A stretch of 64,000 nt of DNA, from contig NC_086108.1 of NCBI RefSeq assembly GCF_963921235.1, forward strand, positions 9,982,001 to 10,046,000. Direction: 5' to 3'. Of the stretch, positions 50,530-63,917 are shown piece after piece. The notes under the pieces were generated by a model. That model saw only the letters and a program-made list of their open reading frames with translations. It did not search any database and was not told the origin of the DNA. The DNA is from Mobula hypostoma (Eukaryota). The stretch's first letter is position 1, and every line of letters begins with the position of its first letter. Made by a program: the position numbers and the translations under genes.

Positions 50530-52480
50530 AGATGTAGGTAGGTCACTGTTTGCAGATGATGGGGCCTTGTGGAAAAGAGGTAGGAACATGGAGCATATAA
50601 TCAGGAAACTACAAGGAGCAAGTGGTGGAGTGGGGTTATGACTGGGGATGTAGATTTTCAGTAGAAAAAATGCAAACTGTATTTTTCACCAGGAAAAGAA
50701 TTGAGGTAGGGAAGAATTTCAGGATATATGGGATTGAATTAGAAAGGGTTGGATCATTTAAATTTCTGGGAGTTATATTTGATTCATGATTAACATGGGC
50801 AGACCATATCAGGAAAGTTGAGGAGAAATGTGAAAAAGTAGTAAATGTGATGAGATGTTTGACTGGTAGGGAATGGGGAGCAAGTTGTTCAGCGTTGAAG
50901 AGAATGTATGTGGCTTTAGTAAGGTCTGTGCTGGACTATGGAAATATAGCATATGGATCAGCAGCTAGGTCTCTTATAAAGAAACTGGATGTGGTTCAGG
51001 CTCGGGCTTTAAGAGTGTGCAGTGGGGCTTTTAAAACATCACCAGTGTCAGCCTTACAGGTAGAAGTGGGATTAATGCCTTTGGAACTAAGAAGGATGCA
51101 ATTGATGGCAAACTACTGTGCTAATTTGCAGGGGCACAATGATTCTCACCCTGCTAAAGGAGTGTTGCAGGAATGCTGGGAAAATGGGAGGTTTCAGAGG
51201 GATAACTTTAGTTGGGTAGGGAACGATATTGCTGAAGAGTGTGGAGTATTTAATCTAAGGATAAGTCCTTCAGTAGTTTATCCGGTTGTAGCTCCATGGA
51301 AGCTTGTGTGGCCTGACATAGACTGGCATTTGTTAGAGGTAAAAAGGAAAGGAAACTATAAAACTGATTTGGTAAGTGCACTTAACTGTCATGTGAAGGA
51401 AAAGTATAGTGATTATACTCAGATTTATACGGATGGTGCTAAGGAACCTGAAACAGGAGTGACAGGGTTTGGGATGGCTATACTAGCAAAAGAAATTGGA
51501 ATCAGCAGAAGAACATCTAATAAGTTAGGGGTCTATACAGTGGAGATGCTGGCAGTGTTGGTTGCGTTGCAATGGGTGGAGAAAGCTAGACAAGTCAAAG
51601 CGTTGATGTGCTCAGATTCATCCTCAGTTCTAGCAAGTTTAAGGTCTTTTCACACAAACAGTCGGCAAGATGTACTTTATGAAGTCCTTTAGTTAGTCAG
51701 AAGAATTGCAAATCAGGGAGGTCGGGTCAAATTTCTATGGGTTCCAGCACATGTAGGGGTGAAGGGGAATGAGAGGGTGGATGAGTTGACAAAGAGGGCG
51801 TTAAAGAAAAACAATATAGAAATGCACATTAGTATCAGTAAAGCAGAGGTTAAGTGTGTAATCTGGGAAAAAATCAACCAAATGTGGCAAGAAAGATGGG
51901 ACAGGGAGAGGAAAGAGAGGCATTTATATCAAGTACAAAAAAGTGTTGCAGTTACTAGGGTAGGTAGTGGATACAGAAGAGAGGAAATTGTGTGGACTAG
52001 GTTAAGGCTGGGGCACTGTGCATTAAACAAAACATTGAAAATGATAGGGAAACACCAGACAGGATTGTGTGAGGAATGTCAGGAAGAGGAGTCAGTAGAA
52101 CATGTAGTTCTGAGTTGCAGGAAGTATGGGATACAGAGAGAGATGATGATAATCAATCTAAGGGAATTGGGGGTGCAGGTATTCACATTAAAAGGGTTGC
52201 TGGGCATGGGTGAGAGAGCACAGGTCAGGGAATTTTTAGCTTTCTTAAGGGGTACAGGGTTTTTTATAAGATATGACAGATAAACAGGAATAGGGTACTA
52301 GAATGGCCAAAGAGGGGAGGATGAAGTGTAGGTTAGGGTATGTGTGTGTGTGTGTGTGTGTGATTGGGTGAAGGGATTTAGAATGTAAGTGCATTGCAGA
52401 CTCCGGAGCAGAAGGTGGCGGTAATGCACCATTAAACTGGGTGCCAACCACCGTAAAACAAGACGGAGACAGAGAGAGAG
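50530..52480 (+). mobile_element. I-group (Nimb-like) LINE 3' half: RT end, RNase H, CCHC zinc finger
   Basis: LFADDGALW, RSVLDYG, IYTDGAK...SDSSSVL, WVPAHVGVKGNERVDEL, RLRLGHCALN, CEEC...EHVVLSC; 3' GGTGGCGGTAATGCACC...CCACCGTAAAA. Confidence 0.92.
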
Positions 52481-53869
52481 ATGCTGCTTGGACTACTGGA
52501 CTCCTTCAGCCCATTGTTTGTTGCCTTGATATTGTTTTTTTATTGCTCCATAACCAATATACCTTCAGAAAGGATGAGCTGTTTAATCTCAAGCTCCTAA
52601 CAAGTCTGTGCAACTCAATCATGAGATCATGATCTGGTCACCAACTGCAAAGAAATCTCCTCTGAGATGGCAGTAACTTACCTGTTGGAGTAATTGAGGT
52701 CAAACCAGTGTTCTAGCTGAAGGACAAACATTAATATCTATTTTAATTAAACTTTAAACAAGAAATCTATAAACCTAAAGAGGTTGCACAGAGGCAGTGG
52801 CCAGGAATGATCCTCCTCTGCATGCATCGAGTGCTGTTGTCTGGAGATTCTCTGCCTTCAATCTTTTAGCTGCTCTCAATAAGTGGTGATTTATGGGCCG
52901 TTGCTAGAGATGTGTCACCTCTCAGAGTTTTTATAAGTCGCTGGCTTGTGTCGTGAGACATTACTTGCACTCTGAAAGTCCTAAAGAAGGAGCTGTAAAT
53001 TGAACAGATGTAATTTTCTCAAACCATTAGAACAGATTCCCAGACCATCCTGGCAACGGTCCACCTGCTCCCACATTATATGTTAATGCTGCAATTACAG
53101 ATGGCGCTTTGTGAGGGGCAGCTTTTCAACAGTCCACACAGACATACACACACACACACAACTTGAGGTTTGGCAGAGTGCTGAAGAGGCAAATAGCCCA
53201 GACCACAAATGGTGAACCACTGAGAAAAATTCAGAGTCTACTCCCAGAGGCAACTTTGCTAGCTTGTTAAGCATAGGAGGAGCTAACGATAGTTCCAGAG
53301 GTTTTTGTCGACCTGGGAGACATCTTCCAGTTCATCTGCGAAACAGTTGACTTTCTTTTCTTTTAATGTCTCCTTTTCCCTTTTCAAGGTGGCTGTGGTC
53401 TTACTGGAGTCCATGGTCTACTAGCTGCAATCAAACTGTGGTTCTTCATGTTAGCAAGTGTGAGAAAGAAAGAGAGAGAGAGAGAGAGAGAGAGGCTGTT
53501 TGAGATGTCGAAGTGTTGGGATGGACAGTACTTTTGATGGACTTCCCTCTCCCAGGCACAAGTAGCAGCAAAGGCTTCAATCCTACCCCTCCTGTGGTCT
53601 CTAAGGGCTTCACTATTGCTTGCATGGTGTGTGGTGGGAGCTGTTGCTTCTGTTGGAGCAAAGGGGAGAGGAGGAGGGGGTAGAATTGATGCTTTTGCTA
53701 CTCCTTGTGCGTGGGAGAGGAGAGGAGGTCTTTGGAGTTGTAACATTTTTCTGTCATTCATTCTTGAGGTTTTTTAGTTCTGTTTCACGGATGTCTATGA
53801 AGAGTAAGAATTTCAGGCTGTATACTATACATTCTCTGATAGTAAACTAAACCCTTGAACCATTGAACC

Positions 53870-55020
53870 CTCTGCACCTAGTGAAGTGACCAGAGTGTAC
53901 ATCCATGGTCTTCTGCAGCTGTAGCCCGTCCACTTCAAGGTTCAATGTGTTGGGCATTCAGAGGTGTCCTTCTACACACCGAAGTTCAAAGTAAATACAT
54001 ATATGACATTCAGGTTTTCCAGATAGACCGGAAAGCTTGAAAGTGGGGATGGGAGATGAGGGTCAGGCCGATATCACTTGGCCTCCCATGATAGTCATTC
54101 CCCTCCCCACCACAGGTGGTGGGGAGGCTGTGAACCGCTCCAGTGGCTGTCGCCTCTGTGAGTTTCACGGTATTTTTGCCCCGCTAATATGATGAACTGA
54201 GATCTAGGCTTGGGGCTTCACCAGCTGCTCTGGGGAGTGGATCTAAGGACTTGATTGGTTCGGCACGCTGTTGTTTGCTCCTATTGTTTGTATGGGGGGT
54301 GTGTGTGTTCCCTCTTTCTCAGCGCAGTGGTTATGGCCTCTTTTTAAATTGGGTTCAGGTTTCTTGCTTTGTGGCTGCCTGTAAGCAAACAAATCTCAAG
54401 GTGTATAATTTATGCATTCTTTGATAATAAATGTACTTTGAATCTTTGAATGTGTCACCATATACAACCCTGAGATTCATTTTCTTATGGGCATACCCAA
54501 CAAGTCTATATAATAGTAACCATAACAGGATCAAGGAATGATCAACTTGAGTACAGAAGACAACAAACTGTGCAAATGCGAAAAGAAGAAAGAATAATTT
54601 AAATAAGTAAGCAATAAATTAAGATTAAGTGTCTCTGTTGTAACGCGTAGTTATTTGAATTACTATTGTCTGCTGTCAGCTTGAACCAGTCTGGCCATTC
54701 TCCTCTGACCTCTCTCATTAACAAGGTATTTTTTTCCCACAGAACTGATACTCACTGGATGATTTTTGTATTTCACATCATTCTCTGTAAAGTCTAGAGA
54801 CTGCTGTGCTAGAAAATCCCAGGAAATCAACAGATTCTGAGATACTCAAACCATCCCGTCCGGCACCAACAATCATTTCGTGATCAAAGCCACTCAGATC
54901 ACATTTCTTCCCCATCTTAATGTTTGATCTCAACAACTGAATCTCTTGACCATGACGTTGAGTTGCTGCTACAATATTGGCTGATCAGATAGTTGCATTA
55001 AAGAGCAGGTGTACAGATGT
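53870..55020 (-). mobile_element. Second copy of the Tc1-like non-autonomous element, fragmented by other repeats
   Basis: 54635-55020 aligns with 20955-21050 plus 21365-21655. Confidence 0.7.
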
Positions 55021-55021
55021 A

Positions 55022-55885
55022 CAGTGCCTTGTAAAAGTATTCCACCTCAACTCTTTGTTCACATCCGTGAGTATCACAACCAGAGATTTTCATCAAGTTA
55101 ACCGAGGATTTTTATTTGTGAATTACATGCTTTTTTTTCACAGTACAGCCCAAAAAAATAGGGAAAATTTTAAAGCATGAAGAACTAAAAATTCAAAAAC
55201 CGAAATGTCAGCAGTTCAAAAGTATTCATCCCCTTTAGCTCAGTACTTATTTGAACCAGCTCTTGCAGCTTTTACAGCCAGTAGTCTTTCTGGATAAGTT
55301 TGGAAAGTGATGGAACAAGATTTACTAATTAATTGCTCAAGCTATGCCAGGTTAGTTGAGGAGAGGCAGTGGACAGCCTTCTTGAGGTTTTCCCAGAGAT
55401 GCTTGATCTGGTTGAGGTTAGGATTGACTGGGCCACTCAAGGACATCAACTTTTTTCATTTGAAACCACTCCATGATTGCTCTGGCAGTGTGCTTTGGGT
55501 TGTTGCCTTGCTGAAAGACAAACTTCCTTCCCAGTTTAAGCTTCTTGGCAGAGGCTAGCAAGTTTTTATTCAGGATCTCTCTGTATTTAGCAGTACTTAT
55601 CTTCCCATCAATCCTGATTAGATTTCCAGTCTCTGCTGCTGAAAAGCATCTCCATTGCATGAAGCTACCTCCACCGTACCTATAGTCAGGATGGTCTTAC
55701 GTGGCCGATGTACGATATTAGATTTACACCACATGTACTGCTAAATAAAGCCTATCCTTGCATGTAAAGACTTCGCAAAATATCATGTAGGAGCTACTGT
55801 AAAGATGTGAAACAAAGTCTAGTGGTTGGATGAAACTAATGTGGGATTCTTTGGTCTCAGCACAAAGCAGTACGTGTGGCGTATA
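55022..55885 (-). mobile_element. Tc1 transposon relic (one TIR, DDE-domain fragment, inverted internal segment)
   Basis: TA|CAGTGCCTTGTAAAAGTATT TIR; minus strand WRCFSAAETG...FVFQQGNNPKHT...VLEWPSQS; plus strand WLDETNVGFFGLSTKQYVWR. Confidence 0.88.
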
Positions 55886-57079
55886 TCACCTAATCTATGC
55901 CCCTTGTGATGTCATGAACTGCTCTAAGTTCACCCCTCAGCTGCTCCATATCACCCGACCTCCTGAGCCTATTAACATCCTAGTAAACCTTCTCTGCAGC
56001 CTCTCCAGATATCGTTTCTGTCATGAGCCTTGCAGGCCTCTGCAGTTTGCCGTAGAGCTTTGGGCTTCAGGCTTTCTCAAACACTTGTATTTACTAATTG
56101 CTAAACCCTGTTGCTTTCGGTTTAATCTGGTCAAGTTAATTGTAACTGGCATGTGTTTTCTGGATTCTATGATTATTTAGAGGGGACTCTCATTAAGCTC
56201 TGCAAGTGGAGTCCTTCTACGTGCTTGTGGAGAATGACTTATATCGCGGTGTCGCTCGGTCATCCCTCTGATGCTCTGTTGGTATTCCTGTGTCCACCTC
56301 TTGTTTCCATCTCTTCATGGGGAGTCTGCATTTCCTCTGCTCCTGAGCCGAGCTGTTGCCAGTGTTGACCGTGACTGGGTCTGTTGTTCCTCTGCGCTTG
56401 GGTCCAGTGCTGTGAGCTTGCACTGTGACAGTCATCATTAAGATCACTGCTCATTTCCACTCAATATGACATGGTCAAGATGACACCTGCGTACAACGCT
56501 CCCATGGTTGACATCTTCTGGATAGACCACAGAACTACTTATTTCACTTCTTTTACGTCTGTTTTTCATCTTGAATGTGTTTCTGGAACAGTTGGAGCCT
56601 GTGATTTGCAGTTTGAAGATTGCTTGGGTGATCCAGCTCTTTGCAGTCTCTGAGCTGTTTCCAGGAAGCAGGGAGTGTGAGCCTTGAGGCAAGGAGGCTG
56701 CAGGAAGGGGCACGAGCTGATGTCTGACTCCAGCTCGCTGATTAAATCTTCCATTGTTTGCTGATTAAAGCAACGAGTGAGATTGAAATACGTAGGCGAA
56801 TGCGGAAGGTGAGAGCCAGCTTCCTGCCTCCTGATTGCTGGTGGGATTGCTCTGCTGCCCAAGAGTGGAAACCGTGTGGACTGCCGGTGCCCAGAGAATG
56901 TTACCGAGGTTTTCTGCATTTTGGATTTGGGCATGGATTTAGACAATGGTCTATGGATTTTTTTCAGTCTACTAGTTTTTTATAATCAGTGCTTTTCACC
57001 TGATTTTTCTATTTTTTTGTGTGAGGGAGGGAGATTTGGGGGACTATACTCCTGTTTTGTTTTGTTTTTTGTGTGGGGA

Positions 57080-57195
57080 GGGGAAACTGGAGCACCCGGA
57101 GGAAACCGTGGTCAGGGGGAGAACATACAAACTCCTCGCAGGCAGTGGCAGGAATTGAACCGGGGTCACCTGTACCGTAACCGCTACACTACTGT
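57080..57195 (-). mobile_element. V-SINE 5' fragment
   Basis: GGAAACTGGAGCACCCGGAGGAAACC...GGAATTGAACCGGG. Confidence 0.75.
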
Positions 57196-57614
57196 GATCT
57201 CACAACCTATTATTTACCTGTACTGCACTTTCCCTGTAGCTGTTACACTTTATCCCGCATTCTGCTATTGCTTTACCTTATTCTCCCCCAATGCACTGGG
57301 TAATGATTTGATCTGTGTGACCAGTGTGCAAGAAAAGATTTTTGTTGTACCTCAGTACGTGTGACGAGAATGAACCAACGCCAACATTAATACCAATGCT
57401 ACATGATTTCAGAAATCAGTCTACCCATGGGATTCTTTAGCTGAGAAGGCAGTTTGCTCAGGATGGGTCCTCTGATTGTGCAGCATCCCTCCACGTGCAC
57501 TCACTGGCATCTCAGCCTCGACACCTGCGGAATACGATTGGGAATGGACCAAAGTTGCTGTGTGGCTGAGATCATCCAGCAGAGGCTGAGAGCTTTGCCA
57601 AACCCACTCATGTC

Positions 57615-58275
57615 TAGGGGGACTCTACGACCAGAAGGCACAGACTCAGAATAGAAGGACACCCCTCCAGAGCAGAGAGACGAAGAGCTTCTTTAGCGAG
57701 ATGCTGTTGAATCTGTGGAATTCATTGGAGTTTAGAAGAGCAAGTGAGGATCTCATTGAAACCTGTCAAATGTTGAAAGGTTTGCATGGAGTGGACGTGG
57801 GGGAGTTGTTTCCGATAGTGGGGGAGTCTAGGACCAAAGGACACATTCTCCAAATAGAAGGACGTCCCTTTAAATCAGTGATGAGGAGGAATTTCTTTAG
57901 CCAGAGGGTGGTGAATCTGGAATTTGTGGCGACAAATGGCTGTGGAGGCCAAGTCATTGAGTATATTTAAAGCAGAGGTTGATAGTTCTTGATTAGTAAG
58001 GGTGTCAAAGGTTATGGGGAGAAGGCGGAGAATGGGGCTGAGAAGGATAATAAACCACCCATGAATTTGATTGCAAAATTTACGAGAAGTGTGCATAAAG
58101 TTTGGACGGGAAGTGTTATGGAGGGCTATGGTCCAGGTACGAGTTGATGCGAGTAGTGAGAATACAGTTCAATATGGACTAGTTGGACCAAATGGATAAT
58201 AAATCAGCCATGATAGAATGGGGGAGAAAACGTAATAGGCCAAATGGCCTAATTCTGCTCTGATGTCTTATATCT
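57615..58275 (+). mobile_element. Several decayed CR1 3' fragments
   Basis: SLEFRRASEDLIETCQMLKGL...RRNFFSQRVVNL; CR1 3'UTR AAATCAGCCATGAT...GGCCTAATTCTGCTC. Confidence 0.85.
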
Positions 58276-58328
58276 GACATAGAATGTCAAGATCATCAAC
58301 AATAAAACCTGAGTTCAGCTCTGGCTAA

Positions 58329-58842
58329 AGGCTGATTTATACTTCTGCGTCAAATTGACGCCGGAGGTATGGTGTTGCCGCGAACCCTACGCAGAGCTTA
58401 CGTGGATCCCTATGTTGTAGCCTGACGCGCACCTCTCTCAAAATGTAACTACAGGTCGTGGCAACGCAGACCACAACAGCTGTTATTGGTCCGCTTGGTA
58501 GCATCGCATTTCCTCCTACGCTGCAATAGCTTCCCATTGGGCGACTGAAGGGCAGGGAAGGAACTCTGGCTGCAGTGCTTTCCATAAAGCTTTACAGACC
58601 TCCGAAATTATGGAGGACACATTTCGCTTTTACGAAAAAGACACTCGTTTTAAACTTGTTTACCCCGAGAAAGACTACCATGACCATGAAGCCTTGCACG
58701 GGCAGGTGTGCGCGCATGCGAGACGTGCACGAATTGCAGAGTGACACAGACACACCAATGCACAAGTACAAATGCTCACAACGTGCGTAGGCCACTTGCG
58801 TAGGTTATGGCATCGATTTGACGCAGAAGTATAAATCAGCCT
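58329..58842. mobile_element. MITE, probably PIF/Harbinger type
   Basis: Perfect inverted repeats AGGCTGATTTATACTTCTGCGTCAAAT / ATTTGACGCAGAAGTATAAATCAGCCT; flanks TAA and TTA; no coding capacity. Confidence 0.88.
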
Positions 58843-59867
58843 TTAGTCTTAACAGAAAGAATTGCCCGGATTCATGCATTAGGGGAGGACACCACCATGA
58901 CTGGCCCACTCTTCAACCTGAGGAGTGACTGGTTCTGCAAATGGGAGAAGAAAGGGACCAAGGTTCACTCGATTTTCATCGAGAGGCAACTACAGTCTGG
59001 ATGCTGCTGTAATCTGAAAATCTTTGTACAGTAATGGATAGGTTGGAACATCTATCATCTCTCAGCCTTTATTCTTCGACAATAACATTCTCATGATTGT
59101 TTTTTTTTTCTTGAATGCCATGTTTGTGCCTTTATCTGTTTCAAACACCTTGATTTGAAAAGGAGTGCAGTTTATTGGGATTTGCTGACAGGCTCTCAGT
59201 GACAGACCCCGTTCAGAGGGTCTCTGCTACCCGAGAATGAAGCCGACACTCAGATGTCGGAGCGCAGAAGACATCTTTGTGCAAAATGTCGGGTCCTCTT
59301 CCAGTTCCCCATCACCTCGGCCACTCATCCATCAGCACATCACACAGCACCAAACCTCAGTCAGACATGAATCTGCCCGTCACTCCCACACCCCATCACC
59401 TGGATCTGCTCCTCCAACTGTCTATCACCTCCTCCCCAAATCACCCATATCAACACTCCTATCTGTCCATCACTACCTCCTCCCCAAATCACCCAGATCC
59501 ACTCCTTCAACTGTCCATCACCTCCATCTCCCCAAATCACCCAGATCCACTCTTCCAACTGTCTATCACCTCCTCCTTTCTCAAATCACCCAGATCAACA
59601 CCTCCATCTCCCCAAATCACCCAGATCCACTCCTCCATCTTTACACCACTTCCTCCCAAATCATCCATATCAACAGCCCTATCTGTCCACCACTACCTCC
59701 TCCCCAAATCACCCAGATCCACTCCTCCAACTGTCTATCACCTCCTCCCCAAATCACCCAGATCCACTTCTTCAACTGTTCATCACCTCCATCTCCCCAA
59801 ATCACCCAGATCCACTCCTCCAACTGTCTATCACCTCCTCCCCAAATCACCCAGATCCACTCCTCCA

Positions 59868-60978
59868 ATAAGGCATTTGACAAAGTTCCACACGGTAGGC
59901 TTATTCAGAAAGTCAGAAGGCACGGGATCCAGGGAAGTTTGGCCAAGTGGATTCAGAATTGGCTTGCTTGCAGAAGGCAGAGGGAGGTGGTGGAGGGAGT
60001 ACATTCGGATTGGAGGGTTGTGACTAGTGGTGTCCCACAAGGATCTGCTCTGGGACCTCTACTTTTCGTGATTTTTATTAACGACCTGAATGCGGGGGTA
60101 GAAGGGTGGGTTGGCAAGTTTGCAGAGGTTGGTGGTGTTGTAGATAGTGTAGAGGATTGTCGAAGATTGCAGAGAGACATTGATAGGATGCAGAAATGGG
60201 CTGAGAAGTAGCAGATGGAGTTCATCTGGAGAAGTGTGAGATGGTACACTTTGGAAGGACAAATTCCAAGGCAGAGTACAAAGTAAATGGCAGGATACTT
60301 GGTAGTGGGAAGGAGCAGAGGGATCTGGGGGTACATGTCCACAGATCCCTGAAAGTTGCCTCACAGGTGGATAGGGTAGTTAAGAAAGCTTATGGGGTGT
60401 TAGCTTTCATAAGTCAAGGGATAGAGCTTAAGAGTTGCGATGTAATGATGCAGCTCTATAAAACTCTGGTTAGGCCACACTTGGAGTACTGTGTCCAGTT
60501 CTGGTCGCCTCACTATAGAAAGGATATGGAAACATTGGAAAGGGTACAGAGGAGATTTACCAGGATGCTGCCTGGTTTAGGGAGTATGGATTATGATCAG
60601 AGATTAAGGAGCTATGGCTTTACTCTTTGGAAAGAAGGAGGATGAGAGGAGACAAGATAATAAGGGGAATAGATAGAGTGGATAGCCAGCGCCTCTTCCC
60701 CAGGGCACCACTGCTCAATATAAGAGGACATGGCTTTAAGGTAAGGGGTGGGAAGTTCAAGGGGGATATTAGAGGAAGGTTTTTTACTCAGAGAGTGGTT
60801 GGTGCATGGAATGCACTGCCTGAGTCAGTGTTGGAGGCAGATGCACTAGTGAAATTTAAGACACTACTAGACAGGTATATGGAGGAATTTAAGGTGGGGG
60901 GGGTTATATGGGAGGCAGGGTTTGAGGGTCGGCACAACATTGTGGGCCGAAGGGCCTGTACTGTGCTGTACTATTCTA
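59868..60978 (+). mobile_element. CR1 LINE RT + 3' end, disabled
   Basis: [67 protein letters not shown]. Confidence 0.95.
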
Positions 60979-62499
60979 TAATTGTCCATCATCACCTCCT
61001 CCCCAAGTCACCCAGATCCATTCCTCCATCTTTACACCACCTCCTTCCCAAATCAACTGGATCCACTCTGTCTACTGTCCATTACCTCCTTCTTCCCCAA
61101 GTCATCTGGTTCCATCCTCCATCTGTCCATCACCTTGCACTCCTCAAATCACATACATCCACACCTCCATCAATCCATCACATTGTTCCTCCCCACATTT
61201 TGTGGATCCACTAACTATCTGTCGATCACCTTCTCCCCAAATCACCCAGGTCCACTTCTCCATCTGTCCATCACCTTCTCCCTCCACAAATCACCCAGGT
61301 CCACTCCTCCATCTGTCCAGCTTCTCCTCTGTCCTAAATCACACAGATCCTCTTCTCCATCTCTTCATCACATCTTCCCTCCTGAAATCACCCAAATTCA
61401 CTTCTCCCTCCCCAGTCATTCCATCTGTCCATCACATCCTCGCTTCCCAAATCACTTGGATCCACTCCTTCAACTGTCCATTACCTCTTTCCCAAATCAC
61501 CCAGATACAATCCTCCATCTATCCATCATTCCCTCCAAAAATCACCTGGATCTGCTACTCTGTCGGTCCAACACCTCTCCCTTCCCAAATCACAAGGTTC
61601 TACTCCTTCATCTGTCCCTCACCTCCTCCTTCCCCAAATCACCCTGATCCATTCCTGCATGTGTCCATCACCTACTCCCTCCACAAATCACATGAATACA
61701 CTCCTCCAACTGTCCATCTCCTCCTCCTGAATTCATGATCCATTGGTCCATCAACTCCTCATTCCCAAAATCACCAGAATCCACTCCTCTATTTGTCTAT
61801 CACCTCCTCCATCGCAAATCACCCAGATCTATACCTAAACCTGTCCATGACCTCCTCCTTCCCCAAATGATCAAGAACAATCCTCCATCTGTCCATTGAC
61901 TCCTCTGTCCCCAAATCACCTGGATCACTAACCATCTGTCCATCACCTCTTTCCTTGCCAAGTCACTCAGATCCAGTCCTCCATCTGTCCGTCACCTCCT
62001 TCCCCAAAATCACACAGACTCCCTCCTCTATCTGTCCATCACCTCCTCCCTTCTTAAATCATCCCCATCCAATCTTCCATCACATCCATCCTCCCCAAAT
62101 CACACAGATCCTCTCCTCCATCTCTCTATCACCTGCTCGCTCCCAAGTCTCCTGGATCCATTCCTGAATCGGTCCAACACCTGCTCCCTCCCCAATTAAA
62201 TCTGATCCAATTCTCCATCTGTCCCTCACCTCCTCCACAAATCACCCAGATCCACTCCACCATCTCTCTGTCACCTCCTCCCTAGAAAATTACCCAGATC
62301 CACTCCATCACCTCCTCCCTAGAAAATCACCCAGATCCACTCCATCACCTCCTACCTGGAAAATCACCCAGATCCACTCCATCACCTCCTTCCTGGAAAA
62401 TCACCCAGATCCACTACTCCCTCTGTCTATCACCTCTTCCCCAAATCACACAGATTATCTCCTTCACCTCTCCATCATTTCCTTCCCTGGGATCAACTC

Positions 62500-63917
62500 C
62501 AGACATCCCACCTCTCCCGGAAGTTCCGGCAGTCTCCCGCATACCGGTAGTGGCTCCCTGATGCCTGGAAATTATATACAATATCCCGAAAATAGAGTTT
62601 TTTTAAGCGGGAAAGGGAGAGGGAGAGCGAGCATCCTGATTGGTCTCTCTTCGTGCTAAGAGTGGTTCCCACCGACCGGGCCGCGAGGAAACAATATGAT
62701 TTGGTGATATGAGTCAGCTGCACCTTTCCTCATTCCCTGTCACACTCTGTTGAATTTGAACGCACGCAAGTTCATCAGTGACCCAAGACGTGCAAAGGAA
62801 TGGGTCCGTGACCCATTTGTGAATGTTTCCGGTGAATCTTCCATGTCAGCGCGGGAAAAAGATCAATTCCTCGAGCTTGCATATGATGGTGGGCTGAAAA
62901 GTATGTTTGACATAACATCTCTGCCGGCATTCTGGATCAAAGTCAAGGCTGAATATCCTGAGATAGCCACGAAAGCACTGAAAACGTTGCTTCCATTTCC
63001 AACTTTTTTCTGCGAAGCGGAGTTTTCAGCAATGAATGCAACGAAAACTAAATTGCGGAATAGACTGGACATGAGGAACCCCCTTCGAGTATCGCTGTCT
63101 CCCATCACCCCTCGATAGGACCGTGTTGTTCCAGGAAAACAAGCCCAGGGCTCCCACTGATTCAGCGATATTGGTGTGTTGCAATGATTTTATATGTTCT
63201 TACGGGGAAAATATGCGCTGTGTGTTTGATATCCAAACATTACTTAAAATGTTATGATGCGATTGACTATATTCACCTATATTCCGGTTGTGATTAACAC
63301 CCCCCGCTCCCGGTCGGCCGGTCCGCAAGAATATTGTCAATATTAAACCGGTCTGCGGTGCAAAAACGATTGAGGACCCCTGCCAAGTAGACCTATCAGT
63401 TTTCTCTATGGGCGAGCTTTACAGTCGACCTCAAAAATAATGACAGTGTTGCTCGTTGCACTGTTTGCAACAGTGACTTTTCTATTGCCCATGGTGGGTT
63501 AAAATATAAAAGACACGTTGAGGTGAGTTTAACAGGTGTCACTCATTCATTAGCATAACTAATGTTATTTAAACTAGCTGGCTGCTAAAGAGCTACGCTA
63601 TTGATGCCCTACTTGATGAGGCCAAACTCCCTATAGACTTACTTAAAGTTGTAATAGAATAAACATGATAATGTAATATAATATAAGTACGTATTTTAAT
63701 GTCACATTTTCTGCATATACCCAACTTGGTTTACAGATTAGAAAAAATCACTAAACAAAGTATTACATACACCCTTGGAGGTCGACGGGGTGGGGGGGGG
63801 TGGAGTTGGGGGTGGGGGAGGGGATATGGGGTTGCGGGGGGGGGGGCGGGAGTGCTACCTTTCCTGAAATGGTGGTGCTACCTCCCTGAAATGAGTTTTT
63901 GCAGGGTGGGATGTCTG
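62500..63917 (+). mobile_element. Non-autonomous hAT-like DNA transposon with 6-bp TSD
   Basis: TIRs CAGACATCCCACC / GGTGGGATGTCTG; CAACTC at 62494-62499 and 63918-63923; BED-finger-like relic ARCTVCNSDFSIAHGG...KRHVE at ~63450-63522 followed by GTGAGT. Confidence 0.85.
62661..63382 (+). mobile_element. hAT Charlie/Buster deletion derivative nested in the previous element
   Basis: EWVRDPF...LPAFWIKVKAEYPEIATKALKTLLPFPT..CEAEFSAM..TKTKLRNRLD hAT dimerisation domain; ends (C)AGTGGTTCCC ... GAGGACCCCTG. Confidence 0.9.

Noticed and set aside
59237..60211. 324-aa ORF fusing a Pro/Ser/His-rich region to an RT segment (possible domesticated chimera)
   Set aside because: C-rich minisatellite happens to be open into a CR1 fragment whose FADD motif is partly deleted (KFAEVGG) and which stops soon after.
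62750..63118. Domesticated ZBED/SCAND3-like host gene exon
   Set aside because: Lies within Charlie-type termini in a 720-bp deletion derivative nested in another transposon.
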